Source: Candidatus Heimdallarchaeota archaeon
GTDB lineage: Archaea > Asgardarchaeota > Heimdallarchaeia > JABLTI01
Direction of reading: 5' to 3'
Length of the DNA: 23,749 nucleotides
Assembly: GCA_019058275.1 (NCBI GenBank)
Contig: JAHLVW010000003.1
Location: 1 to 23,749, forward strand
The notes beneath the pieces were generated by a model that saw only the letters and a list, made by a program, of their open reading frames with translations, was not told the origin of the DNA and ran no database searches. Within the stretch, counting starts at the first letter, position 1. The number at the start of each line of letters is the position of its first letter. The translations under genes and the position numbers were made by a program. Of this stretch, positions 1 through 9,346 are shown piece by piece.

Positions 1-640
1 CACCTGCAATGAACATCATACCAAATGATATACCAGTTGTAACAACTGGCATAAACAATGAAAAAACATACCCACTGTCTGCTAATGTTGGAAAAAGAGG
101 TGTGAAACCAAGTAGTCCAGATATCACATCTTGGAATATAACTGCTGGTATAGATAGTAAAGCAAAAGTTGTTAGTGGATCATAACCTATTGCTGGTAAA
201 GCAACTGCTGCTAATGAAGAATATCCCAAGGCAATCATTATAGGTTGTAACATAGTTACAGGAGTTGCTCCAATAGAAACCAAAAAACAACCCAACCCAA
301 TGTTGATGAACATAATTTGAAATGGTTTCTTGCCCTCTCCACCCAACGTTTTGAATGCAACTGTTATACGTTGTAATGCACCTGTTTTCTGCATATACGT
401 AATCATAAAGATGCTAGTGCAAACCATTAGAGCAATAGGATAGGATTTTATGAATCCTGTAATAGTAGCTAGAAAAACTACTCCTACATCAGTTTTGAAA
501 TAGACAATCACAAAAATTACAATTACTACCCACATAGCAAAACCTGTGCTATCTGCTTTCCATTTAAAAACTGTCAGTAAAAGTAATGCTCCAATAAAGG
601 GTAAAAGTACCATGAAAGTTCCTAACCAAGTTGAAACCAA
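1..640 (-). CDS. L-lactate permease (LctP family), 5' part; runs off the window edge
   Basis: Not in ORF track. Manual translation from TTG at 640 (GGTGA RBS upstream) is open to base 2: MVSTWLGTFMVLLPFIGALLLLTVFKWKAD...MQKTGALQRI...FLVSIGATPVTMLQPMMIALGYSSLAAVALPAIGYDPLTTFALLSIPA. Multi-TM, with the LctP-like GATP...P.LIALG segment. Confidence 0.8.
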   Translation of the reverse strand, partial: MVSTWLGTFMVLLPFIGALLLLTVFKWKADSTGFAMWVVIVIFVIVYFKTDVGVVFLATITGFIKSYPIALMVCTSIFMITYMQKTGALQRITVAFKTLGGEGKKPFQIMFINIGLGCFLVSIGATPVTMLQPIMIALGYSSLAAVALPAIGYDPLTTFALLSIPAVIFQDVISGLLGFTPLFPTLADSGYVFSLFMPVVTTGISFGMMFIAG

Positions 641-684
641 TTGACTTCACCAAGCTCTCTAATTCGATTCTTTTTGATGAAGCG

Positions 685-692
685 TATTTAAA
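685..692 (-). promoter_or_regulatory. Putative archaeal TATA box for the lactate permease gene
   Basis: Minus strand TTTAAATA about 45 nt upstream of the TTG start. Confidence 0.4.
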
Positions 693-737
693 CTAAAAAA
701 TATTTTTGAAGAATAGACGAAAAAGGTAAGAGAAATT

Positions 738-1052
738 CTAACTTGTTTTCTTGTAAAGAGATATTCTAAATGGTTCTAATTTCAAAATAGTTTGTATTCC
801 TGCTTTTACCGATGGATCATTTTCCATCAGGATTTTAGCTTCTTCTTTATTTTCACATTCAAAAATTAGCAAACCAAATGGTTCTTTTTCATTCAATACA
901 GGACCAGCAAGAACAAGCTTTCCTTTTTCTAAAAGATCTTTCAAATATTGGAAATGATCTCCCATTATTTTGTTATCTTCCTCTGTAGAATTAATCATAA
1001 AATCTTCACGGATTGGTTTTATCATTACGAGAAAGTGTTTAACATCTGACAA
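738..1052 (-). CDS. YciI/YCII-related dimeric alpha+beta barrel protein
   Basis: HFQYLKDL..GKLVLAGP..FGLLIF..A..LMENDP motif set. Start is more likely the in-frame TTG at 1052 (AGGTTGA RBS) than the GTG at 1073. Confidence 0.8.
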   Translation of the reverse strand: MSDVKHFLVMIKPIREDFMINSTEEDNKIMGDHFQYLKDLLEKGKLVLAGPVLNEKEPFGLLIFECENKEEAKILMENDPSVKAGIQTILKLEPFRISLYKKTS

Positions 1053-1248
1053 ATTAATCAACCTTATTTTCACAATAAAACATATAGCTAATTATAATAT
1101 TCGAATGAATCGGATTTTTGTTAAATAACATTTATTGCTAATTCAAAATGAAAAATTCTTTGGTTTGAGCTATTAAGAAGTAAATTAAATAACTAAAAAA
1201 ATCATTAGAACCAAAAAAATTAAACACAAAGCGATATTACTTCCATTT

Positions 1249-2085
1249 ATGAAACTTCTAATTCTTGGATCTGGTCAAGACGCAGGTGTACCACAAATAA
1301 ATTGTGATTGTGAAAATTGTTCAAATGCTAGAAAAAACCCAGATCAAAGAAGGTTAGGTCCCACTATTGCATTTCTTGATAAAGAAAAGGAATATTGTTA
1401 TATAATTGATGCTTCACCAGATATGAAAGATCAAACTGAAATTATAAAAAAAGCAATTACAAAAGTAAAAAGCCAAAAATCAATACCAATATCTGGAATT
1501 TTCTTAACACATGCTCATTACGGACATTGTTCAGGTCTTTGGTCGCTAGGCAAGGAATGTTGTGATGCTGATGAAGTCATGGTATTTTGTTCAGCAAAAA
1601 TGAGTGAATTTTTGAAGAATAATCATCCATTTCAGCATCTATTCGAACGAAAAAATCTTGCCTTATTCAGTATGAAGATGAATTATGAGTATCCTATGGA
1701 AGATTTCACTATTAAAGCATTCAAAGTTCCTCATAGAGATGAATATGCTGATACAGTTGGTTATCTAATTGAACATACAAAAAAGGTAATTTATTTGCCT
1801 GACCTTGATTACTGGACAGAAGATCTCATAGAACTGATAAACAGTGTTGATATAGCAATTATTGATGGATCATTTTATAGTAAGGGTGAATTACCTAGAA
1901 TGACTGAAATCCCTCATCCACCCATTATAAAAACAGCTGAACTATTCAAAGATTCAAAAGTAGAGATTTACTTTACGCACTTCAATCATACAAATCCAAT
2001 TTTAAAAGAAAATAGTAAAGAAAGAAATGAAATACTAAAGAAGGGGTTCAAAATAGCTCGTGATGGATTAGTAATCGATATTTGA
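1249..2085 (+). CDS. MBL-fold metallo-hydrolase, PqqB/PhnP-like
   Basis: LGSGQDAGVPQINCDCENC N-terminal Zn motif, IDASPD, LTHAHYGH, VPHRDE, IDGSF, PHP, THFNHTNP. Confidence 0.85.
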   Translation: MKLLILGSGQDAGVPQINCDCENCSNARKNPDQRRLGPTIAFLDKEKEYCYIIDASPDMKDQTEIIKKAITKVKSQKSIPISGIFLTHAHYGHCSGLWSLGKECCDADEVMVFCSAKMSEFLKNNHPFQHLFERKNLALFSMKMNYEYPMEDFTIKAFKVPHRDEYADTVGYLIEHTKKVIYLPDLDYWTEDLIELINSVDIAIIDGSFYSKGELPRMTEIPHPPIIKTAELFKDSKVEIYFTHFNHTNPILKENSKERNEILKKGFKIARDGLVIDI

Positions 2086-2179
2086 CACTTCAAAGTTTAA
2101 AAAACCAGAGAATGCTAATTTTGATAAACCCATAAAAAATTAGATATAATGAATCACAGCAAAGTCATGTTGAATTATA

Positions 2180-2986
2180 ATGGGCCAAAAAGGAATAATT
2201 TTTGATATAAAGAAGTATGCAGTACATGATGGCCCAGGTATTCGTACAACTATTTTCTTCAAAGGATGTCCCATGGATTGTTGGTGGTGTCATAATCCGG
2301 AAAGTCACAAAATTGAACCTGAAACTATCACAAGGAAAATTGTAACTAGTTCTTCAACAAAAGCTTGCCATGAGAGGAAAGAAGTTATTGGTAGAGAGGT
2401 TACAACAGAGGAGGTAATGAAAGAGATTGAAAAGGATATGGTTTTTTATGAAGAATCAGATGGAGGAGTAACTTTCTCAGGTGGAGAACCATTATCTCAA
2501 CCAGAATTTTTGATTGATTTATTACAAAAATGCAAGAAAAGGGGTATACACACAACCTTAGATACTTCAGGTTGTGCCTCTAAGAAAGAACTACTCAATA
2601 TTGTTGGTCTTGTAGACTTATTTCTTTACGATCTTAAAATTGTAGATGATGAAAAACATCTGCATTATACTGGTGAATCTAATAAACAGATTTTAGGTAA
2701 TCTAAAAACGTTAGCAGAAAAAGGGGAGAAAATAATAATTAGAATTCCTATTATTCCTACAGTTAATGATGATCAAGAATCGATAGATCAATTTGGTAAA
2801 TTACTTTCTACAATAGATATTCTACGAGTAGAATTATTACCATTTCATAAGATAGGTGAAGAAAAATATCCACAACTAAATAAAGTAAACCGAATGAAAG
2901 ATATTCAAAAACCAACAAAAGAGAATATTGAAGTTATCAAAGAAAGTCTCGAGAAATTTGGATTGAAAGTTAAAGTAGAGGAATAG
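2180..2986 (+). CDS. Glycyl-radical enzyme activating enzyme (radical SAM), cognate to HypD
   Basis: HDGPGIRTTIFFKGCPMDCWWCHNPES (CxxxCxxC), GGVTFSGGEP, LDTSG, ELLPFH. Ends 2 nt before the GRE gene. Confidence 0.93.
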   Translation: MGQKGIIFDIKKYAVHDGPGIRTTIFFKGCPMDCWWCHNPESHKIEPETITRKIVTSSSTKACHERKEVIGREVTTEEVMKEIEKDMVFYEESDGGVTFSGGEPLSQPEFLIDLLQKCKKRGIHTTLDTSGCASKKELLNIVGLVDLFLYDLKIVDDEKHLHYTGESNKQILGNLKTLAEKGEKIIIRIPIIPTVNDDQESIDQFGKLLSTIDILRVELLPFHKIGEEKYPQLNKVNRMKDIQKPTKENIEVIKESLEKFGLKVKVEE

Positions 2987-2988
2987 TA

Positions 2989-5349
2989 ATGATAGAAAGA
3001 ATCAAAAAACTAAGGAATCAAAGTCGAAATGCAATTCCTACCCTTTCTATTGAAAGAGCAAAATTGATGACTGAATTCTATAAAAGTGGTAAAGTGGAGA
3101 AGGTATCAATTCCTGTTGCTAGAGCTCTAGCATTCAAGTACTTACTTGAAAATAAGGAAATTTGCTTTAATGATGATGAACTTATTGTTGGAGAACGTGG
3201 TCCAACACCAAAAGCAACTCCTACTTATCCTGAAATTTGCTGTCATACATTGAAAGATTTAGATATATTGGATTCTCGAGAGAAAATATCTTTCAAAATA
3301 AGTGATGAAACAAGAAAACTAACAGAAGAAGAAATTATTCCCTTTTGGGAGGGAAGATCGATACGAGATCGCATATTCTCTGAGGTTGATTCTGAATGGA
3401 TAGATGTCTATAAAGCAGGAGTATTTACAGAGTTCATGGAACAAAGAGCACCTGGACATACCGTCGCAGATGGTAAAATATTCATAAAAGGTTTTCTTGA
3501 TTTCAAGAAGGACATTCAAAATAGTTTTGAAAACTTGGACTTTTATATTGATCCCGAAGCCTTAGATAAACGTGAAGAATTGAAAGCAATGGAAATAGCT
3601 GCAGATGCTATTATTGCATATGCTAAACGACATGTAATGAAAGCAAAGGAATTAGCTAAAAAAGAAAAGGATCCTAATCGTAAGAAAGAGCTTGAATTAA
3701 TTGCTAAAACTTGCAATCATGTTCCTGAAAATGCACCACTTACTTTTAGGGAAGCATTGCAACATTACTGGTTTATTCATTTAGGAGTAATCACAGAACT
3801 AAATACTTGGGATTCATTTAATCCTGGTAGATTAGATCAGCATCTTTATCCATTTTATAAAAGAGAAATTGACAAGGGAACATTAACAGAGGAAGAAGTA
3901 AAAGAACTACTAGAAGCATTCTGGATTAAGTTTAACAACCAGCCAGCACCACCAAAGGTAGGTGTTACTGCAGAAGAAAGCAATACTTACACTGATTTTT
4001 GTTTGATAAATCTTGGAGGATTAAAGGAAGATGGATCAAATGGGGTTAATGAGCTTTCATACATAATCCTAGATGTAATAGAAGAAATGAGGATTTTACA
4101 ACCAAGTTCTATGGTTCAAATTAGCAATAAAACACCAGACACTTTCTTAAAAAGAGCATTAAAAATCGTAAAAACAGGTTTTGGTCAACCATCAATATTT
4201 AATACTGACATTATAATCCAAGAAATGCTACGAGTAGGTAAAAAAATAAAAGATGCAAGAAACGGTGGAGCCAGCGGTTGTGTGGAGACTGGTGCTTTTG
4301 GAAAAGAAAATTACAACTTGACAGGTTATTTCAATTTAGTTAAAATCTTAGAAGTAACTTTGAATAATGGGTTTGATCTTAGAACAAAGAAGCAAATTGG
4401 ATTAAAAACAGGTGATCCTACTAAATTTTTAACCTATGATGAGCTATTCGAGGCTTTTAGTAAACAAGTGAAACACTTTGTAGATATTAAAATTAAAGGA
4501 AACAACATAATTGAAAAATTATGGGGTGATAATTTGCCATCACCATTCTTGTCAATCATTATAGACGATTGTATTCTGAATGCAAAAGATTACAATGCTG
4601 GTGGAGCTAGATACAACTCATCTTATATTCAAGGAGTCGGTTTGGGTAGTATTATAGATTCTCTTACATCGATAAAGTATAATGTGTTTGACAAGAAAAC
4701 ATGTTCAATGAAAGAAATGCTTGATACATTATCAAGCAACTTTAAAGAAAAGGAAGATTTTAGACAGAAGCTCATATGCGATACACCAAAGTATGGCAAT
4801 GATAACGATTATTCAGATGAACAAACAAAAGAAGTATTTGAACTCTATTTCAATGCAGTTGATGGTCGTCCAAACACAAAAGGTGGACATCATAGAATAA
4901 ATCTTTTACCTACTACAGTTCATATTTATTTTGGCAGTGTCATTGGTGCTACACCTGATGGAAGAAGAGCTTACGAACCATTATCAGAAGGTATTTCACC
5001 TGTACAAGGAGCAGATATACAAGGACCTACTGCTGTCTTAAAATCTGCTAGTAAAATTGACCATGTTAGAACTGGTGGAACATTATTAAATCAGAAATTT
5101 ACTCCAAATTTCTTAGCAACTGATGTAGGTATAGATCAAATATCACATTTAGTTAGAGCATATTTCAAATTAGGTGGACATCACATTCAGTTCAATGTTG
5201 TTTTAGCAGAAACTTTAAGAAAAGCACAAAAAGATCCAGAAAAACATCGAGATTTAATTGTAAGAGTAGCAGGATATAGTGATTACTTCATCAATTTAGG
5301 AACTAAACTACAAAATGAGATCATTAAAAGAACGGAACATGGAAAGTAA
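2989..5349 (+). CDS. hypD: Glycyl radical enzyme, trans-4-hydroxy-L-proline dehydratase
   Basis: Gly loop RVAGYS and Cys loop SGCVE. HypD-diagnostic segments FTEFMEQRAPGHTV, NTWDSFNPGRLDQ, NQPAPPKVG, ESNTYTDF, LTGY and LLPTT match C. difficile HypD as recalled. Confidence 0.9.
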   Translation: MIERIKKLRNQSRNAIPTLSIERAKLMTEFYKSGKVEKVSIPVARALAFKYLLENKEICFNDDELIVGERGPTPKATPTYPEICCHTLKDLDILDSREKISFKISDETRKLTEEEIIPFWEGRSIRDRIFSEVDSEWIDVYKAGVFTEFMEQRAPGHTVADGKIFIKGFLDFKKDIQNSFENLDFYIDPEALDKREELKAMEIAADAIIAYAKRHVMKAKELAKKEKDPNRKKELELIAKTCNHVPENAPLTFREALQHYWFIHLGVITELNTWDSFNPGRLDQHLYPFYKREIDKGTLTEEEVKELLEAFWIKFNNQPAPPKVGVTAEESNTYTDFCLINLGGLKEDGSNGVNELSYIILDVIEEMRILQPSSMVQISNKTPDTFLKRALKIVKTGFGQPSIFNTDIIIQEMLRVGKKIKDARNGGASGCVETGAFGKENYNLTGYFNLVKILEVTLNNGFDLRTKKQIGLKTGDPTKFLTYDELFEAFSKQVKHFVDIKIKGNNIIEKLWGDNLPSPFLSIIIDDCILNAKDYNAGGARYNSSYIQGVGLGSIIDSLTSIKYNVFDKKTCSMKEMLDTLSSNFKEKEDFRQKLICDTPKYGNDNDYSDEQTKEVFELYFNAVDGRPNTKGGHHRINLLPTTVHIYFGSVIGATPDGRRAYEPLSEGISPVQGADIQGPTAVLKSASKIDHVRTGGTLLNQKFTPNFLATDVGIDQISHLVRAYFKLGGHHIQFNVVLAETLRKAQKDPEKHRDLIVRVAGYSDYFINLGTKLQNEIIKRTEHGK

Positions 5350-5475
5350 ATAAAGATTCATTCTAAATTTGTTTTCAACACAAAAAATACCAGATTAACT
5401 TACCATCAATATTTTGCTTTTAGTGCTATTATAAAAATAAAAAAAAGAAAATGATTTTCTAATCATCTTTTTATA

Positions 5476-6222
5476 TCATTCAATTTTTTCCTTTTTGGTA
5501 TCAAACTTCTCAGAGAATTGTTGACCTTCGCTAATTTTTAGTGTCCATTCTTCTCCTTTGATTGCAGCTATGACACTTGGAATATGTCTAGGTAATTGTA
5601 CTAACCACATACACAAAGCAATAAGGAAGGGTACTAAGAAGAAGATTGGATGAGCTTCTGTAAAGGTTAATGATTCTAACATATGTTTTGACCACATAGG
5701 TGCAATTGGCATAAATAATGAAGCTGGTAGATAGAATATTGCTGCAAGTACAGTTGAGACTCGAGTAGGAACTTTCAATACCCCTATCATAACACCAAAT
5801 GGTAAGAAGTGTATGATTAGAACTAAAGGATTGACCCAGAAAAGCGTTCCAATGAAAACAGCTGATCCTCGTCCACCTTTGAAATTTTAGAAAGGTGAAT
5901 GATTATGGCCTAAAATACAGAAAGCAGGTCCTAAGATAACAGCAAGTTGATAATATATGGAATCAATACCATATAAATTGGAAAAACCCCAATCAATCAA
6001 TGCAATTGGAATAAACCCCTTCAATATATCAATAAAAATCACAGATATTCCGATTGGTAATCCATAAGTCATTACAGCATTGAACCCTCTAGGATTACCA
6101 ATATTGAATTCTCGTAAATCCTTTCCTGTAGCTAATCGACCAATTATAACTGCATAAGGAATGGAGCCACTTAAAAATGAGCCAAGTAAGGCTAATATGA
6201 GCCATAAAACTTCGAATGCCAT
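5476..6222 (-). pseudogene. plsY: Glycerol-3-phosphate acyltransferase PlsY, interrupted by an in-frame TAA at 5887-5889
   Basis: ORFs 5887-6222 and 5476-5790 are in one frame. Read-through gives GSIP...DLREFNIGNPRGFN...DILKG...GHNHSPF*NFKGGRGSA (PlsY motifs 1 and 2), about 248 codons. Confidence 0.85.
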
Positions 6223-6334
6223 AAGAATATCTCCTACATTTCTAATCTATTTTCGTAAATGCACTTAATAATTTTTCATATGAAAAAAAAGATTGATTTT
6301 GTAGAAAATAAAGAAAAAGAAGGAAAAAGTAGCG

Positions 6335-6904
6335 TTATTCATTAGTTACTTTGTCTTTTTTAAATAGATACCTTTCACCGTAAATATACCTGGAATAAAG
6401 AGCCATTCTAATAATATGTAAAATTGGCATCAAAATCCATAATAAATTAGCAGCAACTATAGGTAAAGGATTGCCACCAGCATATTTTGGATCAGTGAAT
6501 TCAACAATGAAAATTATTGAAACATTTGTTAGCATCATTGTTGCCCACATGATACTAGGAATTCTTATCTCTAATGAATGCGTAAATGGTTGTTATGTAA
6601 AATGTACCAAATAATATTACATCTATTCAGATTGTTGCTTGCCACCAAGGATCTCGATAGAGAAGTGCATGATCGAATTGACCAACAAAATGATTTAAGT
6701 CAACTATAAATTTAGGTGGCCACAAAGGATATTCGCTATCAGCTAAAGGCCAATTTACTGTGGATCTTCTCCTGAAACAACTAGTTGTTCAATATCGAAT
6801 AAGTAACAAATAAAGATTATATTGATGAAGAAGAAAACAAGTAAAATAATATCAATAACCTTTCTAGCTACATCTCTTTCTTTAATAGGAACAGCTGTTC
6901 TCAT
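6335..6904 (-). pseudogene. EXPERA / emopamil-binding-protein-like membrane protein (EBP/TMEM97 superfamily), degraded
   Basis: Reconstruction: MRTAVPIKERDVARKVIDIILLVFFFINIIFICYLFDIEQLVV.. [frameshift near 6760] ..YPLWPPKFIVDLNHFVGQFDHALLYRDPWWQATI*IDVILFGTFY..IYAFIR [frameshift near 6565] IRIPSIMWATMMLTNVSIIFIVEF..ANLLWILMP. TGA at 6627-6629 sits where Trp is expected. Confidence 0.7.
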
Positions 6905-7021
6905 TAATATCAACTCATAGGTGGAAATTAGTAGGAATTATCCTCATCTAGAAACACTTTGGAAATTAAAAAGATTGTTCTGGTTTTTTAAGATAATCAG
7001 GAAATTGAATACTGGAATTGC

Positions 7022-7465
7022 TTAAATCTCATTCTCGTATTTGATTAGATTTTCGTAAATCCTCTTAAGATAATTCTCGAATTGTTCATAATCTTTGTCT
7101 GAAAAACCTTGATATGTCAAGTCATTCATATCTTGAGATATTTGGATATATTTCTCTTGAAGTAATCTGTCTTTCTCTGTTAATTCTATGAAGATCTTTC
7201 TTCGATCGTCTTTTGATGGAACCCGACAGATATATCCAAAACTTTCAAGCCTATCTAACATTGATGTTAATGTTGTTTTACTAAGAGAGGTTTTTTTGAC
7301 CAACTCTTGGATTGTAATATTATCATTTCTCCACAAAACAAACATAATCCTTCCTTGTGCTGGGTTAAGTTCAATTTGATGGTTCTTCAAAAGCTTTGAG
7401 AATATCCGACCAGCAAGTTGATGTATTTTAGCTATTAGAAAGCCACCTTGTTTTTGCTGCTTCAT
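7022..7465 (-). CDS. MarR-family transcriptional regulator
   Basis: LNPAQGRIMFVLW, TTLTSMLDRLE..GYI.RVPSKDDRRKIFIELT winged-helix motifs. Confidence 0.92.
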   Translation of the reverse strand: MKQQKQGGFLIAKIHQLAGRIFSKLLKNHQIELNPAQGRIMFVLWRNDNITIQELVKKTSLSKTTLTSMLDRLESFGYICRVPSKDDRRKIFIELTEKDRLLQEKYIQISQDMNDLTYQGFSDKDYEQFENYLKRIYENLIKYENEI

Positions 7466-7467
7466 AT

Positions 7468-7938
7468 TTAATCACTGGTAGCAAAATCATGTATTCCTGA
7501 TTTATACCAAGTCTTTAGATATATAGGTTTTAATCTGAGAATTGTAAAATCGGGATCACTGTATCCCTTGGGGTAATACCTTTCCCATCCTTCTGTCCAT
7601 ATCTTTTTCTTTAATTCTATATCGTCAATAAACTCAGCATTTCCTTGAAGCATAATCCCTTTGTATTCATTTGGTAAACAGAAATAGATTGATATAGCAC
7701 TATTTTTCTTTACTTGTTTCACTTTCATTGAAGATGTATTTGTTGATATATACACATTCAAATCATCTTGATCGTATTTACTTAACACTTTTGCAGTATG
7801 AGGAAATTTCTCAACAGACTTCATGTTTTCAATAGCTCTTATGTGTGGAAAACCATTTTCATCTATTGATGCCATATACCCTACTGGTGCTTTCAGCATT
7901 AATTCTTTGGCTACTTCTTTAATCTCTTTTTCATCCAT
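7468..7938 (-). CDS. Pyridoxamine 5'-phosphate oxidase-like FMN-binding split-barrel protein (general stress protein 26-like)
   Basis: MASIDENGFPHIR, STNTSSMKVKQV, GIMLQGNAE, YYPKGYSDPDFTILRLKP. Ends 2 nt upstream of marR. Confidence 0.85.
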   Translation of the reverse strand: MDEKEIKEVAKELMLKAPVGYMASIDENGFPHIRAIENMKSVEKFPHTAKVLSKYDQDDLNVYISTNTSSMKVKQVKKNSAISIYFCLPNEYKGIMLQGNAEFIDDIELKKKIWTEGWERYYPKGYSDPDFTILRLKPIYLKTWYKSGIHDFATSD

Positions 7939-7965
7939 TTTAATCCCATAAATTAGTTCGATATA

Positions 7966-7989
7966 AAATAGTCCTATATAGTACTATTT
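7966..7989. promoter_or_regulatory. Palindromic operator, probably bound by the MarR protein, overlapping the TATA box of the PNPOx-marR operon
   Basis: AAATAGTcCTATATAGtACTATTT is a 24-bp palindrome with one mismatched pair. A related site TAGTTCGATATAAAATA lies at 7954-7970. Minus-strand TTAAATAG at 7983-7990. Confidence 0.7.
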
Positions 7990-8029
7990 AAGAGTTATTA
8001 TAAGATGAAAATAATGATTAAGAAAAGAG

Positions 8030-9259
8030 TTAAACATCAAAGGTTTGAGGGATTCTATTTTTTAAAGAAATAGGTGAAATCTTGTTAATCTTTAGAGCAG
8101 TACAATTGTGAAACTCAGCAAATAGTTTCAAACCCTTATGAAATCGATCAAAAAATGTATCATTAATTAGCTTTTCATCGAGATAAAGAGCCTTTATTTC
8201 CAGCAAACAATCTTTTCTATGAGCTTTAATATCAGCTCGTCCTATCAGTATATTAGTATCTAATATGGGTAAAACGCAGTAACCATAAATTCTTTGATTC
8301 TCAGGTGTATATGCTTCTAATTTGTAATCAAATTTCCAAATTTATGATGGATATTTGCGTTCTCGTATAATTTTATCTAATGGAGAAAGGAATTTCAAAG
8401 GTTGTTTTGTTAGATCATCACTTTCATTAACTAACCTATTAGCATCCTTACTCAATACAAAATGAATAGAATCTATACCTTCTACTTGAACGCTTTCTAA
8501 TATTCCTTCTTTTACACAATCATCTAGAAATTGAATTATTTTTTCTCTTTTATTATTCCATAGAAATTTTACATGAGATGTTCCCAAATAAGATTGCATT
8601 TCTTCAAAATTGCCTAGTCCTATAGAGGAAAAGACAGTATTAACTATGAAATAAGGAAGTTCATCTTTTGCCATCGGTTCTTTATCTATACTTGGTGGTA
8701 GAATTCTTTCAGTTAAATCATAATATTTCTGAAATCCTTTTCTAAAGTCAATCATCAATTTACCTATTCTGAACAGGTATTCCATGGCACGTTTTTCACC
8801 TTTCCAATCCCACCACCTTTGTGATTCTTTGCCTTCTTCCCTTTTGAAATCAGCACTGCAAGTAGTTCCATTCTTTTTGATATATTTGTAAATGTCATTT
8901 ATCAGTTGTTTATTTTCAACAACCCATTTATTCCACCAATTCGAGATATTATCTTCTAAATAGTCCATTTTCCAAGCATAAAATGAATAGTCTTCAATCG
9001 GAATCAAACAGATTGCATGAGACCAATATTCAAACAGTTTTCTATCTTTAACGTATTTCCAGACTTCTTTTTCCTGATAATTAGGTAAGCGATTGAAGAG
9101 AGTTAAATCGTGAGACCTTGCAACTACTGAAATAGTATCTATTTGAATATTGTGAATTCTTTTAGCAACATCAATTATGGATTTTGATGGAGATTTCGTT
9201 CGTAATCCCTGTTTTTCCAGAATAAAATTTTGTGCTTTTTCTAAAGGAACTTCAATCAT
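8030..9259 (-). pseudogene. ycaQ: YcaQ/AlkZ-family (HTH_42) interstrand-crosslink DNA glycosylase with an in-frame TAA at 8342-8344
   Basis: Catalytic IQIDTISVVARSH (QxD), FEYWSHAIC, WWDWK, FQKYYDLTER. After the TAA the same frame continues IWKFDYKLEAYTPENQRIYGYCVLPIL..IGRADIKAHRK to a TAA at 8030-8032, about 409 codons in total. Confidence 0.85.
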
Positions 9260-9346
9260 AAGCTAAAGTTACAGCTTAATTACTAAAATCCTTTTGTGTC
9301 ATATGAAAGTAATAATTATCAATACTTTATTTGTTAACGTGGTTGA

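Noticed and set aside
1249-2085. PQQ biosynthesis locus
   Set aside because: No pqqA, C, D or E. The adjacent radical SAM is a GRE activase.
3319-3519. Antisense ORF inside hypD
   Set aside because: Shadow ORF of a well-supported gene, with no motifs.
2989-5349. Pyruvate formate-lyase or choline TMA-lyase call
   Set aside because: It has a single-Cys GCVE loop rather than PFL's adjacent Cys pair, and the substrate-pocket segments match HypD.
7188-7379. Antisense ORF inside marR
   Set aside because: Shadow ORF.
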